DNA from: Candidatus Deferrimicrobiaceae bacterium | Lineage (GTDB): Bacteria > Desulfobacterota > Deferrimicrobia > Deferrimicrobiales > Deferrimicrobiaceae | Length of the DNA: 64,000 nt | Assembly: GCA_963792415.1 (NCBI GenBank) | Contig: CAWBVY010000004.1 | Span: 192,001 to 256,000 of the forward strand | Reading direction: 5' to 3' | Shown here: piece by piece, positions 7,430 through 20,210 of the stretch | Layout of the letters: every line of letters begins with the position of its first letter | How positions within the stretch are numbered: position 1 is the first letter of the stretch | The notes under the pieces: model-generated | Seen by the model: the letters and a program-made list of their open reading frames with translations, nothing else | Databases searched by the model: none | Told to the model about the DNA's origin: nothing | Made by a program: the position numbers and the translations under genes

Positions 7430-9259
7430 CTACTCCACCGTCACCGACTTGGCGAGGTTCCGCGGCTGGTCGACGTCGGTCCCTTTCAGAACCGCCATGT
7501 GGTACGCGAGCAACTGGAGCGGCACCACCTCGAGAATCGGCCGTGCGAATCGTCCGCAGGAGGGAAGGCAGATCACGTCGTCCGACTTCCCTTTCAGGAT
7601 GTCGTCCCCCTCGGTCCCCACGGCGATCACCTGCCCGCCGCGGGCGTGCGCCTCTTCCAGGTTGGAGAGCGTCTTTTCATAGCTCTCTCCCTTCGCGCAC
7701 AGCACCAGGACCGGCATCTGCTCGTCGATCAGCGCGATCGGGCCGTGCTTCATCTCCCCGGCGGGATACCCTTCCGCGTGGATGTAGGAGATCTCCTTCA
7801 GCTTCAGCGCCCCTTCGAGGGCGATGGGATAGGAGACGCCGCGGCCCAGGTACAGGAAGTCGCGCGCGTCCTTGTACTTCCTCGCGATGTCGGCGACCTC
7901 CGGTTCGCGCTTCAGGAACTCCTCGATCTTGCGCGGCAGCTCGGTCAGTTCGATGAGGTGCAGGGACATCGCGCTCCGGGAGAGGAGCCTCCGCGCCCGC
8001 GCCAGGTGGATCCCCATGAGGTAGAGCGCCACCAGCTGGGTGGTGAACGCCTTCGTGGAGGCAACGCCGATCTCCGGGCCGGCGTGGGTGTAGATCACGC
8101 CGTCCGACTCCCGTGCGATGGTGGACGCGACGACGTTGCAGATCGAGACCGTTGTCGCCCCCTTCGCCTTCGCTTCCCGCATCCCCGCGAGGGTGTCCGC
8201 CGTCTCGCCGGACTGGGAGATGGCGACGCACAGGGTCCCCTCCTCCACGACCGGATCCCGGTACCGGTACTCCGACCCGAGGTCCACCTCTACGGGAATC
8301 CGTGCCAGCCCCTCGATCATGAACTTGCCGACGAGGGCCGCATGCCAGGAAGTGCCGCAGGCGATGAGGGTCACCTTCTTCAGGGAAGCGAGCTGTTCCA
8401 CCGGAAGCGGCAACGTTTCGAAGAAGACCTCGCCCGACTCCGGCCGCATCCGCCCCGCGAGGGTGTCGAGGATCGCGCGCGGCTGCTCGTGGATCTCCTT
8501 CAGCATGAAGTGGCGGTAGCCGCCTTTCTCCGCCATCGAGGAGGACCAGTCGATCCGCTGCGAAGGGTGTTCCCGCCGCTTGCCCCAGAAGTCGGTGATC
8601 CGCACCCCCGTTGGTGTTGCGATCACCATCTCCCCGTCCTCGAGGAAGATCACGTCCCGCGTGCGGGATAAGAACGCCGTCAGGTCGGAGGCGAGGAAGA
8701 ACTCCCCCTCTCCCAGCCCTACGACCAGCGGGCAGTTCAGTCGCGCGCCCACCACCGTCCCCGGCTCCCGGTCGGTCACCGCGAGGAAGGCGTACGACCC
8801 GCGAAGCTCCGCGACGGTCCTGCGCGCCGCCTCCTCGAGCGGCATCCCCGCCGACACATGTTCGTCCAGAAGATGGGCGATCACCTCGGAGTCCGTCTGG
8901 GAACAGAAGGTGCGCCCCCTTGCGATCATCTTCTCCTTGAGCGTCCGGTGATTCTCAACGATCCCGTTGTGGATGACGGCGACGCCCCCCGCCAGGTGCG
9001 GGTGCGCGTTCTCGTCGGAGGGGCGTCCGTGGGTGGCCCACCGCGTGTGCCCGACCCCGCACGTCCCGGAAACCGGCTCCTTCTCGATCCGCTCCGTCAG
9101 GCGTGCGATCTTCCCCTGGGACTTGCGGATGACGATCGTGCCGCCGGCCTGGACCGCGACGCCCGCCGAATCGTACCCGCGGTACTCCAGTCGCCGCAGG
9201 CCGTCCACAAGGATCTCCACGCAGGAACTGGAACCGGTGTAGCCGACGATTCCGCACAT
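7430..9259 (-). CDS. glmS: Glutamine--fructose-6-phosphate transaminase
   Basis: MCGIVG, GHTRWATHG, PRNLAKSVTVE C-terminus. Confidence 0.98.
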   Translation of the reverse strand: MCGIVGYTGSSSCVEILVDGLRRLEYRGYDSAGVAVQAGGTIVIRKSQGKIARLTERIEKEPVSGTCGVGHTRWATHGRPSDENAHPHLAGGVAVIHNGIVENHRTLKEKMIARGRTFCSQTDSEVIAHLLDEHVSAGMPLEEAARRTVAELRGSYAFLAVTDREPGTVVGARLNCPLVVGLGEGEFFLASDLTAFLSRTRDVIFLEDGEMVIATPTGVRITDFWGKRREHPSQRIDWSSSMAEKGGYRHFMLKEIHEQPRAILDTLAGRMRPESGEVFFETLPLPVEQLASLKKVTLIACGTSWHAALVGKFMIEGLARIPVEVDLGSEYRYRDPVVEEGTLCVAISQSGETADTLAGMREAKAKGATTVSICNVVASTIARESDGVIYTHAGPEIGVASTKAFTTQLVALYLMGIHLARARRLLSRSAMSLHLIELTELPRKIEEFLKREPEVADIARKYKDARDFLYLGRGVSYPIALEGALKLKEISYIHAEGYPAGEMKHGPIALIDEQMPVLVLCAKGESYEKTLSNLEEAHARGGQVIAVGTEGDDILKGKSDDVICLPSCGRFARPILEVVPLQLLAYHMAVLKGTDVDQPRNLAKSVTVE

Positions 9260-9260
9260 G

Positions 9261-10688
9261 TCACTTCTTCCCCTTCTTCGACGCGGGGACGGAAAGCCCC
9301 GCCTTCTTGAGAAGCTCCGGCATCTTGCGGGCGACCCACCCCTCGATCACCTTCTGTTCGGCGCGGCACAGGGCCAACGCGTACGCGGGGACGTTCTTCG
9401 TGATCGTCGACCCGGCGCCGATCAGGGCCCCCTTGCCCACCGTGACGGGCGCGACCAGCATCGTGTCGCTTCCGACGAAGACCCCGTCCCCGAGCACCGT
9501 GGGGTGCTTGTGGATCCCGTCGTAGTTGCAGGTGATCGTCCCCGCGCCCACGTTGACCTTCTTCCCGATCGTGGCATCCCCGAGATAGGACAGGTGGTTC
9601 GCCTTGGACCCCTTGCCGATCCGGCTCTTCTTCACCTCGACGAAGTTCCCGATGTGCGCTCCCTCGCCGATGTCGGCCTCCGGCCGCAAGTGCGAGAACG
9701 GGCCAAGAATGGCCCCTTTTCTCACCGTGGATCTGGAGATCACCGTATACGGCTTCAACTCCACCCCGTCCGAGAGAACGCTGTCGTCCACCACGCACCC
9801 GGCCTGGATCCGCACTCCCCGGCCGACCCGCGTCGCGCCGAGCAGGGCCACCCCCGGATCGATGACCGTGTCCTGCCCCACGGACACCTCCGTCTCAACG
9901 TACGTCCGCCGCGGGTCCACCAGGGTGACGCCGGACGCCATCAGGTCGCCGAGCTTCCTCTCCTGGAGGATTCGCGTCGCCTCGGCCAGCTCCTGGCGGG
10001 AGTTGATCCCCCGCACTTCGTCCGCCTCGGCCGCCGCCACCCGGACGACGCGCTTCCCCTGGGCCAGCGCCTCGAAGACGAGGTCCGTCAGGTAATACTC
10101 CCGCTGGGCGTTCACGTCGGAGAGTCGCGGCAATCCCCGCTCGAGGAAGACCCGGTCGAAGGCGTACGTCCCCGAGTTGACCTCACGAAGCTTCCGGAGG
10201 GCGGGTTTGGCGTCCTTCTCCTCAACGATCCTGGCGACCGATCCGTCTTTGCCGCGAACGATCCGGCCGTAACCGGTCGGGTCGTCGAGAACGCCCGTCA
10301 GCACCGATGCCGGGGCGCCCTGCCGGCGCCGGGCCGCAAGGAGCCCGCGGATCGTCGCGGGCCGGAGGAGCGGGGCGTCCCCGCAAAGCACCACGACTTC
10401 CTTCGCCCCCGCGGAAAGTTCGGCCAGGCCGCACCGGGCCGCGTCCCCCGTCCCGAACTGGGTTTCCTGGATCGCCACCTTCCCGCCGAACGCCCCCACG
10501 ACCGGGAGGACCTTGTCCCGGCCGTACCCGAGGACGAAGACCATCTCGCGGATCCCGGCGGCGCGCGCCGCCTGCGCGACGTGCCACACCACCGGTTTCC
10601 CGAGGATGAGGTGGGCCACTTTGGGGAGGGAGGACTTCATCCGTCTGCCTTGCCCCGCGGCCAGGATGATCGCCGAAATTCCTTTCAT
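9261..10688 (-). CDS. glmU: Bifunctional UDP-GlcNAc pyrophosphorylase/GlcN-1-P acetyltransferase
   Basis: ILAAGQGRRMKS, GNFVEVKK, NHLSYLGD, TITCNYDG hexapeptide repeats. Confidence 0.97.
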   Translation of the reverse strand: MKGISAIILAAGQGRRMKSSLPKVAHLILGKPVVWHVAQAARAAGIREMVFVLGYGRDKVLPVVGAFGGKVAIQETQFGTGDAARCGLAELSAGAKEVVVLCGDAPLLRPATIRGLLAARRRQGAPASVLTGVLDDPTGYGRIVRGKDGSVARIVEEKDAKPALRKLREVNSGTYAFDRVFLERGLPRLSDVNAQREYYLTDLVFEALAQGKRVVRVAAAEADEVRGINSRQELAEATRILQERKLGDLMASGVTLVDPRRTYVETEVSVGQDTVIDPGVALLGATRVGRGVRIQAGCVVDDSVLSDGVELKPYTVISRSTVRKGAILGPFSHLRPEADIGEGAHIGNFVEVKKSRIGKGSKANHLSYLGDATIGKKVNVGAGTITCNYDGIHKHPTVLGDGVFVGSDTMLVAPVTVGKGALIGAGSTITKNVPAYALALCRAEQKVIEGWVARKMPELLKKAGLSVPASKKGKK

Positions 10689-10784
10689 GAACGCCCCCTA
10701 CTCTCCGATGCTACAATTTAACGCGAAAACGGCCGATAATGCTTCAGTCTACAAGGTTTCATTCCTGGGGGAAAGGGAACGCCC

Positions 10785-11318
10785 ATGGCGGAAAACCCGA
10801 AGGAGATGCTGGACCGTCTGGACGCGAACCTCGCCGCGCTCAAGCACGAGTACGACCTCTTCTTCAACGGGAAGCGGCGCGGCGAACCGACGAAGGAACG
10901 CAAGGAGCTGGAGACGAAGCTTCAGGTCGAGAGCCGCCGGACGATCGTCGGCAACGCGGACAAACTGCGGTTCAACAACCTGTCCGGCCGGTATTGGGCA
11001 CTCGCCAATCTCTGGACGCGGATGGTGCGTGACCTCGAGGAAGGACGGATGCACCGCGATGCCGGGGGGAGAACCCGGCGGACGTCGGGGGAACGGAAGG
11101 ACCCGGTGGAACGGGAGCACGTCGACCGGGCGGCGGAAGCGTTGCTGGAAGCCCGGCGTTCGTGCGGCCTTGGCGGCGATCCGTCGGACATCCCGTTGCT
11201 TCGGAATACGCTCCACGCGCGGGCGCTCGAGATCTCGGCGGCCGGCGGAGGAAAGAAGGTGGAGTTCGTCGTGAGCATCGAGGGGGGGAAACCGAAGGTG
11301 AAGGCGGTGCTGCGCTAG
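10785..11318 (+). CDS. Hypothetical protein resembling the MXAN_5187 C-terminal-domain family
   Basis: YDLFFxG...LRFNNL...W...EEG and C-terminal VEFVVSIEGGKPKVKA pattern (recalled resemblance). Confidence 0.55.
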   Translation: MAENPKEMLDRLDANLAALKHEYDLFFNGKRRGEPTKERKELETKLQVESRRTIVGNADKLRFNNLSGRYWALANLWTRMVRDLEEGRMHRDAGGRTRRTSGERKDPVEREHVDRAAEALLEARRSCGLGGDPSDIPLLRNTLHARALEISAAGGGKKVEFVVSIEGGKPKVKAVLR

Positions 11319-11324
11319 CAGCGA

Positions 11325-11732
11325 CTACTCGCCGCCGCCCGCCGCCATCCGCACAATTGCGCGCTGCAGCGCCGCAAGGGCCTTTGCGTGCGTGTCGTCG
11401 TCCATCGTCAGCTCTTTCAGGCGGCCCTCCGCACGTTCCCTGGCGCGCCGCGCGCGCTCCAGGTCGATCTCGTCGGAACGCTCCGCCGTGTCGGCCATCA
11501 CCACGATCCGTTCGTGAGTCACCTCGGCGAACCCGCCGCCCAGCGCGATCTTCTTCACCGCGCCTTCCTTCCGATACCACAGGATCCCGATGTTCAGGAT
11601 CGCCAGGAACTGGGTGTGGCCCGGGAGCACCCCGAACTCGCCCTCGTAGCCGGGGGCGACGACCTCGTCGACCTCCTCCGAGAGGAGGAGGCGTTCGGGG
11701 GTGACCAGTTCCAGCCGGATCGTCGATGCCAT
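11325..11732 (-). CDS. atpC: ATP synthase epsilon subunit
   Basis: LELVTPER, GEFGVLPGH, GGFAEV. Confidence 0.96.
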   Translation of the reverse strand: MASTIRLELVTPERLLLSEEVDEVVAPGYEGEFGVLPGHTQFLAILNIGILWYRKEGAVKKIALGGGFAEVTHERIVVMADTAERSDEIDLERARRARERAEGRLKELTMDDDTHAKALAALQRAIVRMAAGGGE

Positions 11733-11747
11733 AGCAAAGCTCTCCCG

Positions 11748-13193
<1,446 letters not shown>

Positions 13194-13213
13194 TTACACC
13201 GGACCCCTGGCGC

Positions 13214-14083
13214 CTACCCTTTCAACGCCTCGGCGCCGCTGACGATCTCGGTGAGCTCCGTGGTGATCGTCGCCTGCCGCGCGCGGTTCATCTGCAGCGT
13301 GAGCCGGGCGATCATGTCGACCGCGTTGTTCGTCGCCGAATCCATCGCCGTCATCCGGGCGCCGTGCTCCCCCGCCACCGATTCGAGGAGGACGCGCAGG
13401 AGCATCGTCTGCACGTACTTCGGGAGCAGCGTTGCCAGGATCTCCTCCCGGGACGGCTCGTACAGGTAGTCGACCTCGTCCCCGGCGGTCTTTTCCGAAG
13501 ACTCCAGCGCGATGGGGAACATCTTCTCGAACCGGACGACCTGGGAGATCGCGGACCGGAATTCGTTGAAGGCGATCTGCACCTCGTCGAACTCCCCGTC
13601 GAGGAACCCCCCGACCAGGTCGCCCGCGATCGTCTCCGCGTGCTGGCGCGAAACGGACCCGAGGACCCCGAGGTACTCCTTGCGGATCGGGATCTCGCGG
13701 CGCCGGAAGAAGTCGCGCCCCTTCCGGCCGACCACGAACAGGGTGATCTCCTCAAATTCGTCGCGGTGCTCGTTGATGTACCGGTGCACCGCGCGGGTGA
13801 GCCCCGAGTTGAAGCTTCCGCACAGCCCGCGGTCGGAGGTGACCACCAGCAGGGCGAGCTTTTTCGCCTCCCGCGCCGTCAGCAGGGGGTGCGCGTCGGC
13901 CCCCGCGCGGCCGGCGACCGCCGTGACGACCTCGCGCATCTTGCGGGCGTAAGGCCGCGCGGCGTTGATCGCGTCCTGGGCGCGACGCAGCTTCGCTGCC
14001 GAGACCATCTTCATCGCCCGGGTGATCTGCTGCGTGCTTTTTACGCTGCTGACCCGCTTCCGGATCGCGCGGAGGTTCGCCAT
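13214..14083 (-). CDS. atpG: ATP synthase gamma subunit
   Basis: ITRAMKMVS, SDRGLCG, RQATITTEL. Confidence 0.98.
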   Translation of the reverse strand: MANLRAIRKRVSSVKSTQQITRAMKMVSAAKLRRAQDAINAARPYARKMREVVTAVAGRAGADAHPLLTAREAKKLALLVVTSDRGLCGSFNSGLTRAVHRYINEHRDEFEEITLFVVGRKGRDFFRRREIPIRKEYLGVLGSVSRQHAETIAGDLVGGFLDGEFDEVQIAFNEFRSAISQVVRFEKMFPIALESSEKTAGDEVDYLYEPSREEILATLLPKYVQTMLLRVLLESVAGEHGARMTAMDSATNNAVDMIARLTLQMNRARQATITTELTEIVSGAEALKG

Positions 14084-14086
14084 GGG

Positions 14087-15598
<1,512 letters not shown>

Positions 15599-15608
15599 GG
15601 CGACTGCC

Positions 15609-16151
15609 TCACCCCTTTTGTAAATTTTCCCGGATCTGCCGGATCTGCGTGCGCACGCTGCCGTCGTACACGGTCGAACCCACCCGGACGACGAGCCCCC
15701 CGAGCACCGCGGGATCCACGGTCTCTTCCAGAGCAACCTTCTTCCCCGTCCGGCGCTCCAGCATCTCCTTCAACATCTCCTTCTGCGGGGGAGACATCGG
15801 CATGGGGACCGAAACCTCGACCCGCTCGATCCCCTCGAGCTCCTCCACCATGCGCCGCAATTCGCCGAGGATCGGAAGGAGGACGTTCATCCGCCCCTTG
15901 TCGACCAGAAGGGAAAGGAACGATTTCGTCGAAGGGAGGAACCCCCCCCTGGAGAGGACCTGGTCGAGGGCGCTTTGCTTGTCCCGGCGGTTGATGTGCC
16001 CGGCCTCGAGCACCTCGCGCAACCCGGGGCTCAAGTCGAGAAGACCTGCGAACTCCTCGACCTCCGAGAGCACCTGGCGGAGCTGCCGGTCCTCCTGGCC
16101 GATGTCCCGGAGCGCGCGGGCGTACCGCCTTGCGAGGCTTCCGCCGATCAA
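15609..16151 (-). CDS. atpH: ATP synthase delta subunit
   Basis: TTG start, [16 protein letters not shown]...DGSVRTQ. Confidence 0.93.
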   Translation of the reverse strand: MIGGSLARRYARALRDIGQEDRQLRQVLSEVEEFAGLLDLSPGLREVLEAGHINRRDKQSALDQVLSRGGFLPSTKSFLSLLVDKGRMNVLLPILGELRRMVEELEGIERVEVSVPMPMSPPQKEMLKEMLERRTGKKVALEETVDPAVLGGLVVRVGSTVYDGSVRTQIRQIRENLQKG

Positions 16152-16759
16152 TGGACGATCCCCTCGATCTTTTCGATGTTCTCGCGGACCAGGCGCTCCT
16201 GGTCCTCGGGCGACAACGTCTTGCGGACGAGCTCCTCGGCGGCGCGGGCCGTAAGGACGGACGCCTCGCGGCGCAGCTCCTCGCGGGCCTTCTTCACTTC
16301 CTGTTCGCCGGTGAACTCCGACTGGGTGCGGATCCGGGAGATCTCGGCGGCGACGGTCTCCTGCAGGCGCCGCGCCTCGGCGGCGGCATCGTCGTCCATC
16401 TTCGCGTTCAATCCCGCGATCTCGTCGCCCAGTTTCGCGGTGCGGGCCTCGATGGCGGCCAGCTTCTCCGCCGCGTCCGCGCGGGCCCTCGCGGCATCGT
16501 CGATCGCCTTGCGCATCAGTTCGCTTCGCTCCTTGAGGAAGGAGGAAAGCGGCTTGCGCAGGAAGTAGACGAGCACGCCGGCGAGGATGAGGAAGTTGAT
16601 CGCCTGCTTGAGGATCTCCCCCCAGGGGACGTGGACGCCGGCCCCCGGGTGCGCCCCGCTCTCCTCGGCGGCGAACGCGACGGCGGCGGCGCACAGGGAC
16701 GCCGCAAGGGGCGCGACGACGCGCAGCGCGCGGAAGGCGCGGATCCGCGGGCGGTTCAC
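16148..16759 (-). CDS. atpF: ATP synthase F0 subunit b
   Basis: INFLILAGVLVYFLRKPL TM followed by coiled coil; operon position. Confidence 0.88.
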   Translation of the reverse strand: MNRPRIRAFRALRVVAPLAASLCAAAVAFAAEESGAHPGAGVHVPWGEILKQAINFLILAGVLVYFLRKPLSSFLKERSELMRKAIDDAARARADAAEKLAAIEARTAKLGDEIAGLNAKMDDDAAAEARRLQETVAAEISRIRTQSEFTGEQEVKKAREELRREASVLTARAAEELVRKTLSPEDQERLVRENIEKIEGIVH

Positions 16760-17211
16760 GCGACCGGCCTCCCGAGGACTTTCCGGGCGATCTCCGTGGA
16801 GAGCTGCGCCACCTGGTCGCGCAGGAACGCGGCGGCCGATTCCTTCTCGGCGGAGATCCGCCCCTTCAGTTCCTCGACCTTCAGGTTCGTTTCCTCTACC
16901 ACGGCTTCGACCTGTTTGCGGCCGTCACGGGCAGTCTCTTCCATGACCCGGCGCTTCCGGGCGAGCGCCTCGGCCGCGCCCTTGCGGAGCGCCTCGTCGT
17001 ACCCGCGGGCCTTCTCGTCGGCCTCGACCAGGATCCGGCGGGATTCCTCGACCGGCTTCACCGAGAGGTTCTCCCGCTCCTCGAAGGTACGGAGGATCGG
17101 ACGGATGAGGAGGGAAGAGAGGAGGAACGCGAGGACGACCACCAGGCCCAGCTGGAGCAGGACGAGCCGGGAGATCTCCAACGTCTCGAAAATCTTGCTC
17201 ACAAGTTCCAT
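16756..17211 (-). CDS. ATP synthase F0 subunit b'
   Basis: N-terminal TM, RPILRTFEERE, coiled coil ending IARKVLGR; first gene of the atp operon. Confidence 0.85.
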   Translation of the reverse strand: MELVSKIFETLEISRLVLLQLGLVVVLAFLLSSLLIRPILRTFEERENLSVKPVEESRRILVEADEKARGYDEALRKGAAEALARKRRVMEETARDGRKQVEAVVEETNLKVEELKGRISAEKESAAAFLRDQVAQLSTEIARKVLGRPVA

Positions 17212-17338
17212 GAAACCGGCACTCCCCCGGGGGCGGACTGGTCTACGGAAGGACAACTACAAGAGAAACGGAAGATTGGTACCACGCCCGCCGCGGAACT
17301 GTCAAGGGCTTCTTGGCGATCGGCGGGGTACAAATTGA

Positions 17339-17369
17339 GAAGGGCGCCGGGGAAACCCCGGCGCCCTTC
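17339..17369 (-). terminator. Strong hairpin downstream of the small lipoprotein gene
   Basis: GAAGGGCGCCGGGG-AAA-CCCCGGCGCCCTTC perfect 14-bp stem; weak U-tail. Confidence 0.7.
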
Positions 17370-17392
17370 CTCTTGCCTTGCTGCCCGTGGAG

Positions 17393-17586
17393 CTACTTCT
17401 TGGGCTCTTCAGCCGGAGCTGCAGGTGCTGCGCGGTGCGCGCCGGAGCCATGTTGTCGGCAGGCGCGGCAGGCGCGGCGGCCGGCGGCGGAGGCGGCGGC
17501 GGCGGCTCTTCCTTCTTCGCACAAGCGGAGAGGCCGATCGTCGCGGCCAGCATCAGCGCGAACAGCATTGACAGATACTTGCGCAT
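17393..17586 (-). CDS. Small Pro/Ala-rich lipoprotein, apparently frameshifted near 17430-17440
   Basis: Lipobox LSAC, KKEEPPPP; the natural tail AAPAAPAEEPKK-TAG (17393) is in another frame just before the hairpin, while the annotated frame runs through the hairpin to 17302. Confidence 0.6.
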
Positions 17587-17657
17587 GTGGTTCTCACTCC
17601 TTTCCCTCGGAATTTATCCGTATTCGCGGATAAGATATTATTAGATTATATGGGGGT

Positions 17658-17685
17658 AATATAGCATAGGCAAATCGGGTTGCAA
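17658..17685 (-). promoter_or_regulatory. Putative sigma70 promoter of the small lipoprotein gene
   Basis: TTGCAA-N16-TATATT, with TGn extension. Confidence 0.5.
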
Positions 17686-17753
17686 TACTTTTTTAAAATG
17701 GGAATTCTTTTATCCCTGACGTACCGCCGTCGGCAATCCCTCGTCGATGAACG

Positions 17754-18635
17754 TCATCGCCCGCGGAACAGAACCTCGCAGAGTCGATCGAGCTCCTCCG
17801 ACGAGAAGTAGAAGATCTCGACGCATCCCTTCTTCAACGTACCGCGCAGCCGCACCCGCGTGCCCCCGCGGCGGGAGAGCTCCTCCTCGAGACTTTTCCG
17901 GTGGACATCCGGCGGGGCCGCGCCCCGCGCGGCTTTCCGTTTTCCGGCGGGGCCGCACAGCCGCTCCGTCTCCCGGACCGACAGGCCACGCCGCAGCACC
18001 GTCTCGCAGATCGACGACGCGTGCTCCGGCGGCGCGGAGAGGAGCGCGCGGGCGTGTCCGGCGGAGAGGCGTCCGTCCGCCACCGCCTGGCGGACCGGGG
18101 GGGGCAGCTTGAGAAGCCGCACGGTGTTGGCCACCGTCGCGCGGTCCTTCCCAACCCGCTCGGCCACCTGCTCCTGGGAGAGGGAGAAGTCGTGCACCAG
18201 CCGCTGGTACCCCTCGGCAAGCTCGATCGCGTTCAGATCCGTCCGCTGGATGTTTTCCACGAGCGCGGCTTCGAGCGCCTCCCGGTCGGAGAGCCTGCGC
18301 ACCACCGCAGGGATGGTGGAAAGCCCCGCGGCCTCGGCGGCGCGGAACCGCCGTTCCCCGGCGACCAGCTCATACCCGTCCGGGGTCGGCCGGACCAGCA
18401 CCGGCTGCAGAACCCCTTTTTCACGGATCGAGGCGACGAGTTCCTCGAGCGCCATCGGGGGGAAGGTCCTCCGGGGCTGCAGGCTTCCCGCGCGGATTTT
18501 TTCCACGGGGATCTGGAGGAACCCGGGGTCGCGTCCGGCGCCGGGGGCTCCCGCGGACGGCGTGGTGCCCGTCAACAGGGCGGAGAGACCCCGCCCCAGT
18601 GCTTTCTTCTTTACGGGATCGTTCTTCCGTTCCAT
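17754..18635 (-). CDS. parB: Chromosome partitioning protein ParB
   Basis: ALGRGLSALL, AGERRFRAA, ALVENIQR, HTH. Confidence 0.96.
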   Translation of the reverse strand: MERKNDPVKKKALGRGLSALLTGTTPSAGAPGAGRDPGFLQIPVEKIRAGSLQPRRTFPPMALEELVASIREKGVLQPVLVRPTPDGYELVAGERRFRAAEAAGLSTIPAVVRRLSDREALEAALVENIQRTDLNAIELAEGYQRLVHDFSLSQEQVAERVGKDRATVANTVRLLKLPPPVRQAVADGRLSAGHARALLSAPPEHASSICETVLRRGLSVRETERLCGPAGKRKAARGAAPPDVHRKSLEEELSRRGGTRVRLRGTLKKGCVEIFYFSSEELDRLCEVLFRGR

Positions 18636-19393
18636 CGATGCACCATCTCCCGGGCCAGTTCGAGGTAACTTTGCGCTCCGCGGGAGGAAACGGCGTACAG
18701 AAGCGCCGGCTTTCCATGGGAGGGCGACTCGGACAGGCGGACGTTTCTTGGTATAACTGTTTGAAATACTTGATCTTTCAGGATTTCACGGGCCTCGTCC
18801 GCGACCTGGTGGGCCAGGTTGTTCCGCGCGTCGAACATGGTGAGCGCCACCCCCTCGATCCGCAGTCCCGGGTTCATCTCCTCCCGGATCCGGTCGATGG
18901 TACGGAACAGGCTGGAAAGCCCTTCCAATGCATAATATTCACACTGAAGAGGAATCACTACCGAATCCGCCGCACAGAGGGCGTTTACCGTCAACAGGCC
19001 CAGGGAGGGGGGACAATCGATCACGATGACATCGTACTCTTCCGCAACAGGAGCCAGCGCCTCGGCCAGACGCCGCTCCCTCCGCTCCATCGGCACCAGT
19101 TCGATCTCGGCCCCGATCAGGTCCGCGGAAGCGGGCAACAAGAACAGGAAGGGAAGACCGGTCTCCCGGATCGCCTGTGCCACGGGAATCTCCCCCATGA
19201 GGACGCGGTAGACGTTCCGCTCCTCGTCCCCCCCGGGGGTCCCCCCCACGCCGGAGGAGGCGTTCGCCTGCGGGTCGAGGTCGACGAGCAGCGTCTTCTT
19301 CTCCATCACGGAGAGGGAGGCCGCCAGGTTGACCGCGGTGGTGGTCTTCCCGACGCCACCCTTCTGGTTGGCGACGGTGAGGATACGGGCCAA
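18611..19393 (-). CDS. parA: Chromosome partitioning ATPase ParA/Soj
   Basis: TTG start with AAAGGAGG RBS; NQKGGVGKTT, DLDPQANA, IDCPPSLG. Confidence 0.96.
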   Translation of the reverse strand: MARILTVANQKGGVGKTTTAVNLAASLSVMEKKTLLVDLDPQANASSGVGGTPGGDEERNVYRVLMGEIPVAQAIRETGLPFLFLLPASADLIGAEIELVPMERRERRLAEALAPVAEEYDVIVIDCPPSLGLLTVNALCAADSVVIPLQCEYYALEGLSSLFRTIDRIREEMNPGLRIEGVALTMFDARNNLAHQVADEAREILKDQVFQTVIPRNVRLSESPSHGKPALLYAVSSRGAQSYLELAREMVHRWNGRTIP

Positions 19394-19480
19394 TACGGGC
19401 CCTCCTTTTTCCGGAGACACAACGGTATCTTGTACCACGGGGAGGCGGTTGGCGAAAGGGGGAAATCCCGCGCGCGGGCG

Positions 19481-20140
19481 TTACGGGCCCGCCGGCTCGA
19501 TCTCGACGATCTCCCGCTCCCCCATCCCACGGGGGAGATGGAACCGCTCCCGGCGGGTCACCGTGCCCGGGAGGTCTCCCGGAGCGCTCTCCCGCGCCCC
19601 CGGCCCCATCATGAAGAGGAACCGTCCGCCGTCCGCCAGGTACGGGGACAGGAGCGGAACGATCTTGCCCGGCGATGCCGTCGCTCGGGTGACGATGTGG
19701 TCGTGCGGGGGAAGGGGGAGCCTCTTCCGCTCCTCCGCCCTCGCCTGGACGACGGCGACGTTCGAAAGTCGCAGCATCCCCCGGGTCCGGGAAAGGAACG
19801 CGCACTTTTTCACGGAGGCCTCCAGAACGGTTACGCGGGCTCCCGGAAGATACAGGGCCAACGGGATGCCGGGGTACCCGGCGCCCGAGCCGAAATCGAG
19901 GATGCGACCGGGGAATGGCGCGAACCGCAGGAGCAGGAGAGAATCCGCCACGTGCTTCACCGCCACCTCGACCGGGTCGGTGATGGCGGTCAGGCGGATC
20001 GACCGGTTCCACCGGAGCATCTCGTTGGCGTGGAGCACGAGCTGCTCCACCGCCTCGGGGAAGTCCGGGATCCCCGCCTCGGAGAGGACCTCCCGCAACA
20101 GGCCGGCGGAGACTTCCCCCCCTCCCCCTCCCCTCACCAT
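19481..20140 (-). CDS. rsmG: 16S rRNA m7G527 methyltransferase
   Basis: KHVADSL, LDFGSGAGYPGIPL, TRA; lies between mnmG and parA. Confidence 0.92.
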   Translation of the reverse strand: MVRGGGGGEVSAGLLREVLSEAGIPDFPEAVEQLVLHANEMLRWNRSIRLTAITDPVEVAVKHVADSLLLLRFAPFPGRILDFGSGAGYPGIPLALYLPGARVTVLEASVKKCAFLSRTRGMLRLSNVAVVQARAEERKRLPLPPHDHIVTRATASPGKIVPLLSPYLADGGRFLFMMGPGARESAPGDLPGTVTRRERFHLPRGMGEREIVEIEPAGP

Positions 20141-20156
20141 GGCCGCCCCCCCGGAA

Positions 20157-20172
20157 TGTTCCACGTGGAACA
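20157..20172. promoter_or_regulatory. parS site 1
   Basis: TGTTCCACGTGGAACA perfect consensus palindrome, extending to 26 bp (20152-20177). Confidence 0.92.
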
Positions 20173-20210
20173 TTCCGAAAAACTCCCTCTGCAGAAAGGA
20201 GTTACCGGGC

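Noticed and set aside
7380-7430. Tn7-like element at attTn7 downstream of glmS
   Set aside because: No TGT...ACA end, TnsB-site repeats or tns genes; the lipoprotein gene ends 25 bp from the glmS stop
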